In this document: positions 54,301 through 63,897 of the stretch, piece after piece
Numbering within the stretch: position 1 is the first letter of the stretch
Layout: every line of letters starts with the position of its first letter
Origin: Corallochytrium limacisporum Hawaii
Lineage: Eukaryota > Protista > Pluriformea
DNA: 64,000 nt
Direction of reading: 5' to 3'
Assembly: GCA_002811645.1 (NCBI GenBank)
Contig: PDIP01000082.1
Span: forward strand, 112,580-176,579
Notes under the pieces: model-generated
Told to the model about the DNA's origin: nothing
Databases searched by the model: none
What the model saw: only the letters and a program-made list of their open reading frames with translations
Made by a program: the position numbers and the translations under genes

Positions 54301-55367
54301 TGCCGTATGAGCATGGCATTAAGGCCTCCCATACGGCAGGCCTTGGTTTCGGTGTCTCGGAATTCATCATTACGGGCACCTATGGACTCGTGTTCTGGTA
54401 CTCTAGCATCCTGGTTGCTGATACTGAAATCACATACGAGCAGATGCTCCGTACCTTCACTGCCATTGTCTTTACTGCCATCACTATCGGTCAGCTGAAC
54501 AGCTTTGCGCCGGATTACGGAAAGGCAGTCCAGGCCACGGCCCGCATTTATGACCTGCTTGATCATCCATGCCCTCTGGACCCTCTTGGCGACAGTGGTG
54601 GTAAGCCTGTGCTAGATAAGGCCGAAGTTGGTATGCAGGAGGTCCACTTTAACTACCCCGTGCGCCCAGATGTTCCTGTGCTGCAAGGAATCAACTTGAA
54701 TGTCCGAAAGGGGCAGACCATTGCCCTCGTGGGTGCCAGTGGCTGTGGAAAGTCAACTACTGTCGCCTTGTTCGAAAGGTTCTACGATCCCCAGAAGGGT
54801 ACCGTCTACATCGATGCACATAAGTACCCTGACATCAATATCAAGCACCTGCGCTCGCAATTTTCATTGGTGAGTCAGGAACCGAACCTGTTCGAAGGTA
54901 CAATCCGTGAGAACATCTGCTATGGTCGCAACATCGACGAGGTCACCACGGAAGACATTTACGATGTTGCCAAGCAAGCCAATATTCATGACTTTGTGAC
55001 ATCTCTGCCCAATGGATACGACACCTCAGTAGGTAGCGCAAGTTTATCGAAGATGTCCGGTGGCCAAAAGCAGCGCATTGCCATCGCTCGTGCTCTCATC
55101 ATGAATCCAAAGGTCCTCCTGCTTGACGAGGCTACTAGTGCTTTGGACTATGAATCTGAAAAGGTGGTGCAGCAGGCGCTGTCCTCTGCTTCCAAGGATC
55201 GAACCTGTGTGGTCATCGCTCATCGTCTGTCAACTGTCCGTGATGCCGATGTGATCTTAGTGTTTAAGGAAGGCAAGATCGTGGAGAAGGGCACTCATGA
55301 CGATTTGATGGCCAAGCAAACCGAATACTACAACTTGGTCAGGATCCAAGCTGACTTCGACAAGTAA
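51396..55367 (+). CDS. ABCB1: Full-length ABCB (P-glycoprotein/MDR1-type) transporter, intronless
   Basis: TMD-NBD-TMD-NBD; Walker A GASGSGKST and GASGCGKST; signatures LSGGQKQRIAIAR and MSGGQKQRIAIAR; LLDEATSALD; IAHRL. Confidence 0.93.
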   Translation: MNSKDDIAVAAPDSAPEYSPSDGTDSSASGENDAPQKISDDVYAEPKEKGVSEKEQEANMDKAAAMAITEIKESEKEESEEKTELVGTLELFKYADKTDYMWISIGLLGAGIHGVVLPMTMFLLGEVFQSFGDFAINPVPDSPQADKLLEDGREYGLYFTYLAIGALVGSYLQVAGFKIAAENQGMRMRKMYFDKVLRMNMGWFDEHTGGELTSRISTGVNDIQDGINDKFALIIQGLATLFAGLVIAFVSSWRLTLFTLALMPALLITGTLFTKSAVKSVEEGLGEYGGAGALAEQVFYSIRTVAAFGAEQKEIDRYKSKLVVARKAGIKKALYNGLGFGSVMLVMFVIYGAVFYYASRLIKEGKDGVDGTISAFFSVIVASFSLTNCTPSFEALMKARASAKFIFDIMDSESSIDPLEEDSSKISAEQLRERDFTIELKDVKFAYPTRKEQNALDGVTIHVKAGEHVALVGASGSGKSTIVGLLERFYDIDEGEMKVCGYPIQDVHPAALRNDIGYVGQEPVLFNMSIAENIKLGKPGASDKEVEESAKLANAHKFISKLPDGYNTNVGTRGGRLSGGQKQRIAIARAIISNPKLLILDEATSALDSESEEIVQKAIDQASNGRTSVTIAHRLQTIRNADCIYVMAQGKVIESGNHEELTAKGGVYAELAAAGAHRREKDISDVDSDELLLEEEEERARKMASIAKDRPQSSKKISLKSRGSINADGELEVLETPKGPLSRVAKDARPEWYYYVPASITSAIQGIAMPAFGLAFSEILSTFTDPTSDDYDRDSLIYSMAFVVIGVVSGFANFASPALIGTAGEKLTERLRGQSFEKLVRMDIAFYDRPENSSGSLSTVLATDASLVQGVFGPRLGVIIQGLAALILALAIGFANAWKLALVILAVVPLMVVAGAIQMKVINGFSSEGMKLYAESGEVITESINGIRTVTSLNAQKRWENAYDEVLEVPYEHGIKASHTAGLGFGVSEFIITGTYGLVFWYSSILVADTEITYEQMLRTFTAIVFTAITIGQLNSFAPDYGKAVQATARIYDLLDHPCPLDPLGDSGGKPVLDKAEVGMQEVHFNYPVRPDVPVLQGINLNVRKGQTIALVGASGCGKSTTVALFERFYDPQKGTVYIDAHKYPDINIKHLRSQFSLVSQEPNLFEGTIRENICYGRNIDEVTTEDIYDVAKQANIHDFVTSLPNGYDTSVGSASLSKMSGGQKQRIAIARALIMNPKVLLLDEATSALDYESEKVVQQALSSASKDRTCVVIAHRLSTVRDADVILVFKEGKIVEKGTHDDLMAKQTEYYNLVRIQADFDK

Positions 55368-55854
55368 GAGCTTTTTACCTGGAATCACCCTAACGATTTG
55401 TTTCGTTACCGTGTTCGTTCGTAGAACCCCGTACGCTTGTCAATCAATCCCATCTCATGCATACATTCACAAGTCAAATAAACTGTACTAGAACCCATAC
55501 CATTCAATAAGTTAGCAACAGCGAGCTTTCTTGTTCACTACCTGTAGGTACTTGGGAAGCTCCCCCCACCTCTCAATAGTTTATCTATGGTCTACTAGGC
55601 GGGTTTGCGGGTCAAGCCATGCGAAAGGGGGAAAACAAATCAATTGCCATTCCCCCACTACCGTCGGCAGCTGCAGGGGTTTGTGAGGTGGCAGTCAGTG
55701 GCACAGCCGGTGTGCTGCGAGAATCGACGTAGTCTGGCGCAGGTTCTTCATAGAGAACATTTTGAATTGGGAAGCAGATGTTCGAGCAGTGATATTCAAA
55801 ACAGCTCATTAGGCTTGCTCATGCATGGGTTAGTATGAGGAACCAGCTGTCATC

Positions 55855-57963
55855 ATGCGGCTCTCCGTAGTGAATGTGCTCTTGCTGCTCGTGACCACAT
55901 TTGCAGTGGCAGGAGAAGAGATAGTGCGGGCACCAATTGGAAGCTCAGACTACAAGAGCACTAAACATGTTCACTCAGATCATGCAAAGTCGCATCAAAA
56001 ATGGCGGAAGAAGATCTCCCAGAATGAGTATCCCGCCAATTTAAAAAATTTGCTGACTGCAGAATTCATTGAAGAAGTGGATTATCAACACGATTTCACT
56101 TCAAGCAATGCAGTTCCGTTGAGCGAAGAACCGGAAGGTCTGTATAAGGGCTATGGAGAAGCGAGGGAAAATTCCGCAACCTTTCCTTCCGAAGCCTCAG
56201 AAATGCTGGAAACTGGTCTTCATGCATTAAATACCGGATTTGACTTGATGGCTTCCGGAAATGATGAAGAGGCAGACCTAGAAATCAGTCGTGGATACGA
56301 GATTTTGATGGAAGCAGCAAAACTGGGACATCCTACAGCAAAAGCTCATGTAGTTGAAGAAGTACTGCTAGGTCGCTACCTGACACGGGATTATGACTTA
56401 GCAAGAGAATGGGCAGAAGAGCTTGCCGAAATGGGAAGTCCCAGTGCTCACCAAGTTCTGTCTTTCTTGGCTGGGAATGGCATTGCTCGAGAGTCATCTG
56501 AGGCAGAGGCTGTTTTGCATGCTTTGTTTGGTGCAATGGGCGGTGATCCATTTGCAAGACTGCAAATGGGCTATCGGTACAAAGCTGGTGTGGGTGTCCC
56601 AGAGAGCTGCCATACATCCTACCGTTTCTTTCATTTAGTGGCACAGGAGGTTGTCTCAGGCATGCTCATGATGGGAAGTGATGACATTTATCAGATAGAT
56701 GATGGTCCGGTGCGTCTATATGAGTACCAGAACCCGAACGTTCTGTCCGCAGACGACATCACACAATACTACACTTACAATGCAGAGCGAGGTGATCCAA
56801 ATGCACAAGCCATCATGGGCCAACTGTATTACTATGGTATGCATGGTATCCCTATCGATATGCCAGAGGCGCAACGATTTTTCGAAGGTGCCGTGCTCGA
56901 CGATCCCGAGAACATGAACGCGCGTGCCTTTCTCGGTCGGATGCATCTTGAAGGAAATGCTGTGAATGCAGACCTCCAGGTCGCTCGAGAACACATCGAC
57001 ATTGCTGCGAGGAACGGGAATTCCATGGCAATGAACTTGCAAGCGAAGATGAAACTTTATGGCCATGGCCAAGAGAAAGATGTGGCCGGTGCGGTGAAGA
57101 TACTGCAGAAGGCTGCGGACAATGGTAGTAGCAATGCTGCACTCAATCTCGGCTATCTTTATTTCCATGGAATCGGAGTTGCGCCTGACCACGCCAAGGC
57201 AAAGGATCTCTTCACTGCAGCCTCGCATCACGGCAACATGCTTGCAGTTTACAATCTGGCGCAAATGTCGTACCATGGAACTGGTACCCCTCGGATGTGC
57301 ATCTTGGCTTTGGCATACATTAGAAAAGTTGCTTATCGTTGCGCAGCCCTCAACTTATTCCGGAGTGCGGAGAGAGCGTTCGAGAATGGAGACTACGAGC
57401 AATCCTTCCTCATCTATGCTCTTCTAGCTGACATGGGATATGAGGTGGCACAGGCAAACGCTGGATTCGTGGTTGCTGAGCATGGAAATAGCTTCCTGGG
57501 AGACGAATCCCAGATATATAATCGAGCCAATATGTACTGGTCTCGTGCCGGTGATCAGACAAATACGTATGGCTTGGTCCAGATGGGTGACAGTTACTAC
57601 TATGGTCGTGGAGTTGAGAAAAACACCCATAGGGCCATTAGCTTTTACCGAAAGGCAATCAGCCCTACCTATGAACGTCTCTTTGATACCATGATGACAT
57701 CTCAAGCATTGTACAACCTCGCGTACATGTACGAGAAGGGGGAAGGATTCACAGTGGACCTGGCGAGTGCCAAACACCACTATGAGAGAGCCTTAGACGT
57801 CTCTCCATATGCTCGATGGGCGTCATGGGCAGCCTTGTACAAACTAAGAATGGCGGAATACGTTGGCAACATTCCAAGCAACTGGGATATCTATGTATTG
57901 GGAATTCTGTCTGTTCTACTACTTCTACAGCTATCATACCGTTATAATCGTTACTCGTTTTGA
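55855..57963 (+). CDS. SEL1L: ERAD component Sel1-like / Hrd3
   Basis: Signal peptide, multiple Sel1 repeats (MGYRYKAGVGVPESC, LADMGYEVAQANA, MGDSYYYGRG, QALYNLAYMYEKGEG) and a C-terminal TM helix. Confidence 0.88.
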   Translation: MRLSVVNVLLLLVTTFAVAGEEIVRAPIGSSDYKSTKHVHSDHAKSHQKWRKKISQNEYPANLKNLLTAEFIEEVDYQHDFTSSNAVPLSEEPEGLYKGYGEARENSATFPSEASEMLETGLHALNTGFDLMASGNDEEADLEISRGYEILMEAAKLGHPTAKAHVVEEVLLGRYLTRDYDLAREWAEELAEMGSPSAHQVLSFLAGNGIARESSEAEAVLHALFGAMGGDPFARLQMGYRYKAGVGVPESCHTSYRFFHLVAQEVVSGMLMMGSDDIYQIDDGPVRLYEYQNPNVLSADDITQYYTYNAERGDPNAQAIMGQLYYYGMHGIPIDMPEAQRFFEGAVLDDPENMNARAFLGRMHLEGNAVNADLQVAREHIDIAARNGNSMAMNLQAKMKLYGHGQEKDVAGAVKILQKAADNGSSNAALNLGYLYFHGIGVAPDHAKAKDLFTAASHHGNMLAVYNLAQMSYHGTGTPRMCILALAYIRKVAYRCAALNLFRSAERAFENGDYEQSFLIYALLADMGYEVAQANAGFVVAEHGNSFLGDESQIYNRANMYWSRAGDQTNTYGLVQMGDSYYYGRGVEKNTHRAISFYRKAISPTYERLFDTMMTSQALYNLAYMYEKGEGFTVDLASAKHHYERALDVSPYARWASWAALYKLRMAEYVGNIPSNWDIYVLGILSVLLLLQLSYRYNRYSF

Positions 57964-58067
57964 ATACATGGCCATATATATCGCTACCATAGAGAGACGA
58001 ATGAGACCTTCTCCCTATGATTTCCTAGTCAATCCTTTCCCATGACATTCTAGGCCCCATCGTGGGC

Positions 58068-60395
58068 TCATTTCTCGTTGGACGCCGTGTTGACCAGCAG
58101 GGCCTCTCCTATACCAGTGAGAAGAGTCAGCAAGTTTGCCTTTTCTTCTTTTGGGACGTAAAGACGTACAGACGCTCTCGCGCGGAAGGCACTTGTGTAC
58201 AGAGTACCACTTCCCGCCAGCTGTGGCTCGTCTTTCTTGGGACGGTAGACGAAGATAACATTGCCGACAGGCCATTGCTCCATACTCTTAGCCAGCTGCG
58301 GTGAAAGTTCGGTGAATAGGGGATTCTCCTCCTCAAGAACCTTGATCAGGTCCTGGCGTGAAATGTCCACCATCTTCTTGCTCAAAAATGGGGCAAGATA
58401 GGCCAGTCCTTCCTGGGAGATGCGGTACGGGAAGTCCAAGTTGGGTGATTCCGCTTTCATGAACACCTTCGTTCCTGCGTTCACAATGAAGAGCCTGTCT
58501 TCAGAGTTCTGCAGCAGCTGCTTGACGCTGTCAGACACAATGTAAATTGCTGACTTTTTGCCATCTTTTGAGCGCATGAGCAAATTCTCAAAGGGGAAGT
58601 CCTCACTAATGCCGAAGTACTTTTTCGCTGCCAGAATCTCCTTGTTGTCTTTCTCCATGAAATAGAAAGGTGCTTCCTTGTTCTTTCGCTGGCGTGTGCG
58701 TTCCTCCTTGTTTCTCTTAGATCTGGTCATATCTCGGTCATCTTGTCCCTCTTCCACGGCATCTTCGTCAACTTCCTCAGTCTTGTCAGACTTTTCAGTG
58801 GCACTGGCATCATTTGACCTCTCGATGAGTCTGTCCAATTTCGTAAGAGGCTTTACCTTTTGCAGCACGGCGACGAAGAAGCCACCAGTGTTGTTATCCT
58901 GTGGCAGCACACGCATCGAGCGGTCCAGGTGCATCTCACGGGCCTCCTCAAGCGAGGGAGCCCACATGGTGTCACTGAGAGGTCTCGTGATATAGAGTTT
59001 CTCCACCGGCACCTCATCCCTGTTTGAGTACACATTGCCCTCCTTGTCCATGACCTTCCAAGAGCTGATACCTTTGCGACGGATCAATCCTGGGAGCTGT
59101 TCCTCTTGGTGCAAGTCCACCAATTCGACGCAACCTTCAAATTTACGGAGGAGGGCCGCTAGAACAGCCTCATCTTCAATTGGATTCAAACTGCATGTAC
59201 TGTAACACAGTTTGCCACCGACAGCGAGCATCTGCACGCCACGGATCAAGATCTGCAGCTGCAGAGGATGCAAATCAATCCCGGACTTGGGTGACCACGA
59301 CCTCCAAATGCCCACATTTTTTCTCAAGGTTCCGTCACCAGTGCAGGGTACATCAGCCAAGATCCGATCAAACAACATTTTACGAGCCTTTCCGCTTGCA
59401 TCTGTGACTAATGGGGTGGGCATGATTGTAGCATCGTGATTAGTCACTAGGAAGCAAGGGCTCTGCAGTCGCTTAATCTGATGGACCAACATGTAGCTTC
59501 GCTTTGCATCAGCATCATTGGCCAACATGCATCCGCCAGAAATCTTGGTCCACTCGTCCCCTTCAGCGTGAAGTGCCTCGATGAGCTGAGCACTCTTCGA
59601 TCCCGGTGCCGCACACATGTCGAGAACTCTATGATGTGGGTGAACATCCAGAACTAAGGGTGGGATCATGGACACAACCTCCTGTCGGGAGATGTAGCCA
59701 CGGGTAGTGTTTGAAACAAGGAACTTCTTAAACTGCAACCAACGTGGATCCTTCTTGATGTCCCTACGCCGAATGTTCACTGTCCATGCCAGCTTACCGG
59801 GGTACCATTCCAGATAACTAGGGGCACGCACCTCCTCGTCGTCTCCACGGGGATTTTCTCCCCTGCCACCATCGGTCTCACTGTCTGCAGCATTTTCTTC
59901 TTTGTTATTAACATTGTCGTCCTTGGCATGGTCTTCAGAATCCTTGCCGTTAGGTACTGCCAGGGCACCATCGACACATGCACGCTCGGCTTCCCATGCT
60001 GCCTCTCTTGCCGCCTTCAATTTCTTGCGCCTTTCCAGTTCTTCTTCGTTGCTCATGGGGTTCAAGTCTTCAAGACTAGCTGCGTCTTCAAGGGCTGGTA
60101 AGTATTTGTCTTCGAAGACTCCACGAAGCCTATCAGCCTGAGCGCGAGATCCAGTGAAGCGGAACGAGATCGGCAAGTGAGCTCTCATGGCCTTAATGTA
60201 CGCCTCGATTTCCTCTTGTGTCTGCAGGATATTCTGACATTCAGGCCCGTAAAACTTCCTTAATTTTTCATTGTCGAATTGCGTTGTGCGCCACACGTTC
60301 TCCTTGGGAGGGCCCTTGCCACGTCGCTTCTTGTTTTGCGGATCTTTCTCCCGCAGATGGAGTTGCTGCGCCTTACGCTTGCGTTTGTAACCCAT
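58068..60395 (-). CDS. NSUN2: tRNA (cytosine-5)-methyltransferase NSUN2/Trm4
   Basis: ISRQEVVSMIPPLVLD, VLDMCAAPGSKS, FDRILADVPCTGDGTLRK, YSTCSLNPIEDEAV, NTGGFFVAVL. First ATG is at 60395. Confidence 0.93.
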   Translation of the reverse strand: MGYKRKRKAQQLHLREKDPQNKKRRGKGPPKENVWRTTQFDNEKLRKFYGPECQNILQTQEEIEAYIKAMRAHLPISFRFTGSRAQADRLRGVFEDKYLPALEDAASLEDLNPMSNEEELERRKKLKAAREAAWEAERACVDGALAVPNGKDSEDHAKDDNVNNKEENAADSETDGGRGENPRGDDEEVRAPSYLEWYPGKLAWTVNIRRRDIKKDPRWLQFKKFLVSNTTRGYISRQEVVSMIPPLVLDVHPHHRVLDMCAAPGSKSAQLIEALHAEGDEWTKISGGCMLANDADAKRSYMLVHQIKRLQSPCFLVTNHDATIMPTPLVTDASGKARKMLFDRILADVPCTGDGTLRKNVGIWRSWSPKSGIDLHPLQLQILIRGVQMLAVGGKLCYSTCSLNPIEDEAVLAALLRKFEGCVELVDLHQEEQLPGLIRRKGISSWKVMDKEGNVYSNRDEVPVEKLYITRPLSDTMWAPSLEEAREMHLDRSMRVLPQDNNTGGFFVAVLQKVKPLTKLDRLIERSNDASATEKSDKTEEVDEDAVEEGQDDRDMTRSKRNKEERTRQRKNKEAPFYFMEKDNKEILAAKKYFGISEDFPFENLLMRSKDGKKSAIYIVSDSVKQLLQNSEDRLFIVNAGTKVFMKAESPNLDFPYRISQEGLAYLAPFLSKKMVDISRQDLIKVLEEENPLFTELSPQLAKSMEQWPVGNVIFVYRPKKDEPQLAGSGTLYTSAFRARASVRLYVPKEEKANLLTLLTGIGEALLVNTASNEK

Positions 60396-60960
60396 TATTG
60401 AAAGACGACTCAAACAATCGAATGGAGGGGTTGAACAATTCCTGTCAGTCAGTCTATTTCGTGGTTGTTCTTGAACCCGAATACCCACGCTCGAGGAGAG
60501 AAGTCCGTGTGACACACAGGGTTACCCCCAGCGCGCACCCCGTGTGCCACCTTCACTCGCGTGTATTGATCTGGCAGGGTGCGGCATTTGGCGTATTGAA
60601 ACCACTTCTAAAAGTCTTTCTCATGATCCTACATACACAGCTGAAAGTGGATGAAAAACTTCGGGGAGAAACGAAGGGAAGAAGGAGAGGAGAGGGCGGG
60701 ACAATAAGTGCACACTCGCCCTCCACGCGGGTCGCACTGAAGTCCCGGTGCTGTCATTTTTCCCATTTGGGTACTTGAGGTCCCTACCTTCCTACTGGTG
60801 CAGAGTCGTGTAATGAGGTACATCTGTTCTCGTCTACTACGAAAGCAGTCAATGATTCACAGGAATCTGTCACAGTAGCAATTGTGTCACAAATTGCACG
60901 ATGTATTGGAACTAGAACTGAAGAAATCCAAATCTCAAGAAACAAGAGAAGCAGGGCACC

Positions 60961-61824
60961 ATGTTGCGTAGGCGAATCCGTGAGCGGAAGGAGTATCTCT
61001 ACCGCAAATCCCTCGAGGACACTGAGCGCCAAACTTTAGACCGTAAGAGGATGATCAAGGAAGCCATTAGAGAAGGCAAGGCAATTCCCACTGAGCTGAG
61101 GGCAGAAGAACAGAGACTCCGTGAAGAAATTGAATTGGAAGATGAGGGACACAACGAGCCCAGGAGCATTATAGACGACGAGTACGCAAAGTCAAACTAC
61201 GACCCAAATGTGGTAGTGACCACTTCTCGTGATCCGTCGAGTAAGCTCAAACAATTCGCAAAAGAAATTCGGCTGCTTGTTCCAAACAGCCGCAGGATCA
61301 ACAGAGGTAATTATGTCATGAAAGATCTGGTGGAAACATGTACTGGTCAAGGAATCACGGACTTAATCATTTTGCATGAACACCGGGGTGTGCCCGATGG
61401 GATGATTGTTTCTCATTTGCCCATGGGACCTACAGCATATTTTTCGCTGTCCAATGTGGTTATGCGCCATGACGTCGTGGATTTGCAAGGTACAACGGTT
61501 TCAGAGCGGTATCCACACCTAATCTTTGAGGGTATTCAGACCCGCGTCGGAAAACGCATCCAACAAATCCTTACCCACCTCTTTCCTATCCCATCAGCAG
61601 ATTCGGATCGGACATTGGCCTTTGTAAACAAATCCGACTTCATAACCTTCCGCCACCACAACCATAAGAAGGACAAGTCACAGATTGAATTATTTGAAGT
61701 CGGTCCTCGCTTTGACCTTAAGCCTTACAGAATCGCCCTCGGAACCGTCGATGCTCTCGAAGCAGACGACGAATGGGTGTCACGTCCATACATGCGCACT
61801 GCACGCAAGCGTAGAGAGCTGTAA
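60961..61824 (+). CDS. IMP4: U3 snoRNP protein Imp4 (Brix domain)
   Basis: MLRRRIRERKEYLYRKS, TTSRDPSSKLKQFAKE, LHEHRGVPD, HLPMGPTAYF, EVGPRF, WVSRPYMRTA. Confidence 0.95.
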   Translation: MLRRRIRERKEYLYRKSLEDTERQTLDRKRMIKEAIREGKAIPTELRAEEQRLREEIELEDEGHNEPRSIIDDEYAKSNYDPNVVVTTSRDPSSKLKQFAKEIRLLVPNSRRINRGNYVMKDLVETCTGQGITDLIILHEHRGVPDGMIVSHLPMGPTAYFSLSNVVMRHDVVDLQGTTVSERYPHLIFEGIQTRVGKRIQQILTHLFPIPSADSDRTLAFVNKSDFITFRHHNHKKDKSQIELFEVGPRFDLKPYRIALGTVDALEADDEWVSRPYMRTARKRREL

Positions 61825-62043
61825 ACTGATGTTAACAATAAAGAATTATGAGATCAAGAGTGATACAGTCCCTTCCGCCTTGAAATCACTTCCCTGATCA
61901 CGAGCAATACGCCAAAGGGAGTCTGCTCCAACATTTTCTTGATCGACTTGAAGTCCCTTCCTCCCTCCCCCCGGGTGGGGGGGGGTGTGAGTTCTGCAAC
62001 TGGTTGAGAGACAGTAGAGGGTTTCCAATCCTACACGGAGAAA

Positions 62044-62049
62044 CACGTG
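62044..62049. promoter_or_regulatory. Canonical E-box CACGTG upstream of spermidine synthase
   Basis: The motif lies ~160 bp upstream of the SRM ATG; function is untested. Confidence 0.3.
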
Positions 62050-62205
62050 TGCCCAAGGGCCTTTACACTTGTGTGTGGGGACTGCGCCAGTGTGAAGGTA
62101 CTTCAAAGAGGCGGGGCACACACTATCTGCTTTTCCGGTGTGCTTCGCGATGTTGTATCAATGCTCGGTGTGGAAGCGAGAGTCAAGGAATTGGATACGC
62201 AAATT

Positions 62206-63105
62206 ATGACCGACAATCTGCCTAAAGGATTTTTTAGTGAGATCAGCCCCTTGTGGCCGGGTCAGTCTTTTTCCCTGGAGGTCGAGGAAGTATTGTACCA
62301 CAAACGATCAAAGTTCCAGGATGTCTTGGTTTTGAAGACCAAAACCTATGGCAATTGCCTCGTATTGGACGGTGTCATCCAGGCAACTGAGCGGGACGAA
62401 TTTGCTTACCAGGAAATGATGGCCTACGTGCCTTTGAACTCTCATCCGTCTCCGAAAAGAGTCCTATTGATTGGAGCAGGCGACGGAGGGGTCATGCGTG
62501 AAGTGGTGAAACATCCGGGTGTGGAGAACGTCACCCTATGCGAGATCGACGAAGACGTGGTTACGGTGTCGAAGAAGTACCTTCCATACATGGCTGCTGG
62601 TTTCCAGAGCCCAAAGGCCACGGTCAAGATAGGCGACGGTTTCCAATTTATGAAGGAAAACACAGGCCAGTTCGATGTCATTATCACCGACTCATCAGAT
62701 CCCATTGGACCTGCTAATGTACTCTTCGAGGAGGCATACTATGAATTAATGAAGAAGGCTTTGGCACCTGGTGGTATTATTTGCGCTCAGGGCGAATGCC
62801 AGTGGCTCCATCTTGATCTGATCAAGAAGATGCAGGACTTCTGCAAGAAGCACTACCCGGTGGTCGACTACGCCTACCTTACCATTCCAACTTATCCCAG
62901 TGGACAGATTGGTATGATCCTGTGCTCGTTGAATCCTGAAACTGATTTCCAGAAGCCCTTGAGAGTAATGACAGAGGAAGAGGTCGAAAAGGACAATCTG
63001 CGATACTACAATGCCGAAATCCATTCTGCGGCATTCATCCTCCCCCAGTTTGCTCACAAGCGCTTGCGCATTGATGGTCCAGAGGAGACAGAAGAGTCAG
63101 GTTAA
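62206..63105 (+). CDS. SRM: Spermidine synthase
   Basis: [63 protein letters not shown]. An alternative in-frame ATG lies at 62161. Confidence 0.95.
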   Translation: MTDNLPKGFFSEISPLWPGQSFSLEVEEVLYHKRSKFQDVLVLKTKTYGNCLVLDGVIQATERDEFAYQEMMAYVPLNSHPSPKRVLLIGAGDGGVMREVVKHPGVENVTLCEIDEDVVTVSKKYLPYMAAGFQSPKATVKIGDGFQFMKENTGQFDVIITDSSDPIGPANVLFEEAYYELMKKALAPGGIICAQGECQWLHLDLIKKMQDFCKKHYPVVDYAYLTIPTYPSGQIGMILCSLNPETDFQKPLRVMTEEEVEKDNLRYYNAEIHSAAFILPQFAHKRLRIDGPEETEESG

Positions 63106-63152
63106 TCGAAATCAAACGGAAGGAATTCTACCGCGTACTAGCAATACATTCT

Positions 63153-63722
63153 TTACAAACTAGATGCTTGGATGTGCATTTTCAGCTCATCAATCATGGC
63201 CAACTGCCCCTGAATTTCAGTAACCACAAACTTTCGTGATTCCCGTAAACTGTCCTGGTCAGTTTGTTCTATATTTACCGGGATCTCGACGGCATCAAGT
63301 TCCTCCAAGTTCCGTGTAAGCAATTCCTGTGCATGTAAGCATTCCTTTATCCTCTTGTTCTTAGCGTCACCACTTAGGGTAGACACGTTAATTTCACTAA
63401 GGGGGCGGATGTGCTCTGCAACTGTCATACTCGCGTGGTTACGTATCTCTTCGATCTTTGTCTTCGCCGTATGAACTTGCGGATTCACTCCTTTCTCTAT
63501 TAAAAGCACCTTAGATCTGTCAAGAACCTTAAGTGCAGCTAACGGGAGCTGTGCGTCTGCATCTTTGATCCTTGGAAGTTTTCGGCCCCTGTAAATCAGC
63601 TGTTGCGCCACCGGATGAACACCTACCACAGCTTGAACTTGATATGCTAGATCGGCGACGGTGGCATCACCATCGATATCAATGGAGTATTCACGGCCTT
63701 TAAACTTGACCGTGAGGTGCAT
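63153..63722 (-). CDS. BAG1-like Hsp70 co-chaperone (ubiquitin-like + BAG domain)
   Basis: Ubl MHLTVKFKG...QQLIYRGRKL; BAG ELLTRNLEELDAV...RESRKFVVTEIQGQLAMIDEL. Confidence 0.85.
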   Translation of the reverse strand: MHLTVKFKGREYSIDIDGDATVADLAYQVQAVVGVHPVAQQLIYRGRKLPRIKDADAQLPLAALKVLDRSKVLLIEKGVNPQVHTAKTKIEEIRNHASMTVAEHIRPLSEINVSTLSGDAKNKRIKECLHAQELLTRNLEELDAVEIPVNIEQTDQDSLRESRKFVVTEIQGQLAMIDELKMHIQASSL

Positions 63723-63867
63723 GTTACTGGAATTTCACAAAAGTTCATGTTGACTGTCATATCCCCCTTCTGTGATAATACGCCGCTTTCTTCCCGCCAA
63801 ACTGAAGTACCTTCTCGGAAAGGGTTGGTGAGGTGCGCTGAGGCTTTGCTTGGCGTCTGTTGGGGCT

Positions 63868-63897
63868 TCTGTAGGACTCTGTAGGACTCTGGAGGAC
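63868..63897. repeat. 10-bp tandem repeat x3 (tctgtaggac) upstream of the BAG1-like gene
   Basis: tctgtaggac tctgtaggac tctggaggac. Confidence 0.85.

Noticed and set aside
63868-63897. Short tandem repeats considered as a CRISPR-like array
   Set aside because: There are no spacers and no cas genes, and the context is eukaryotic.
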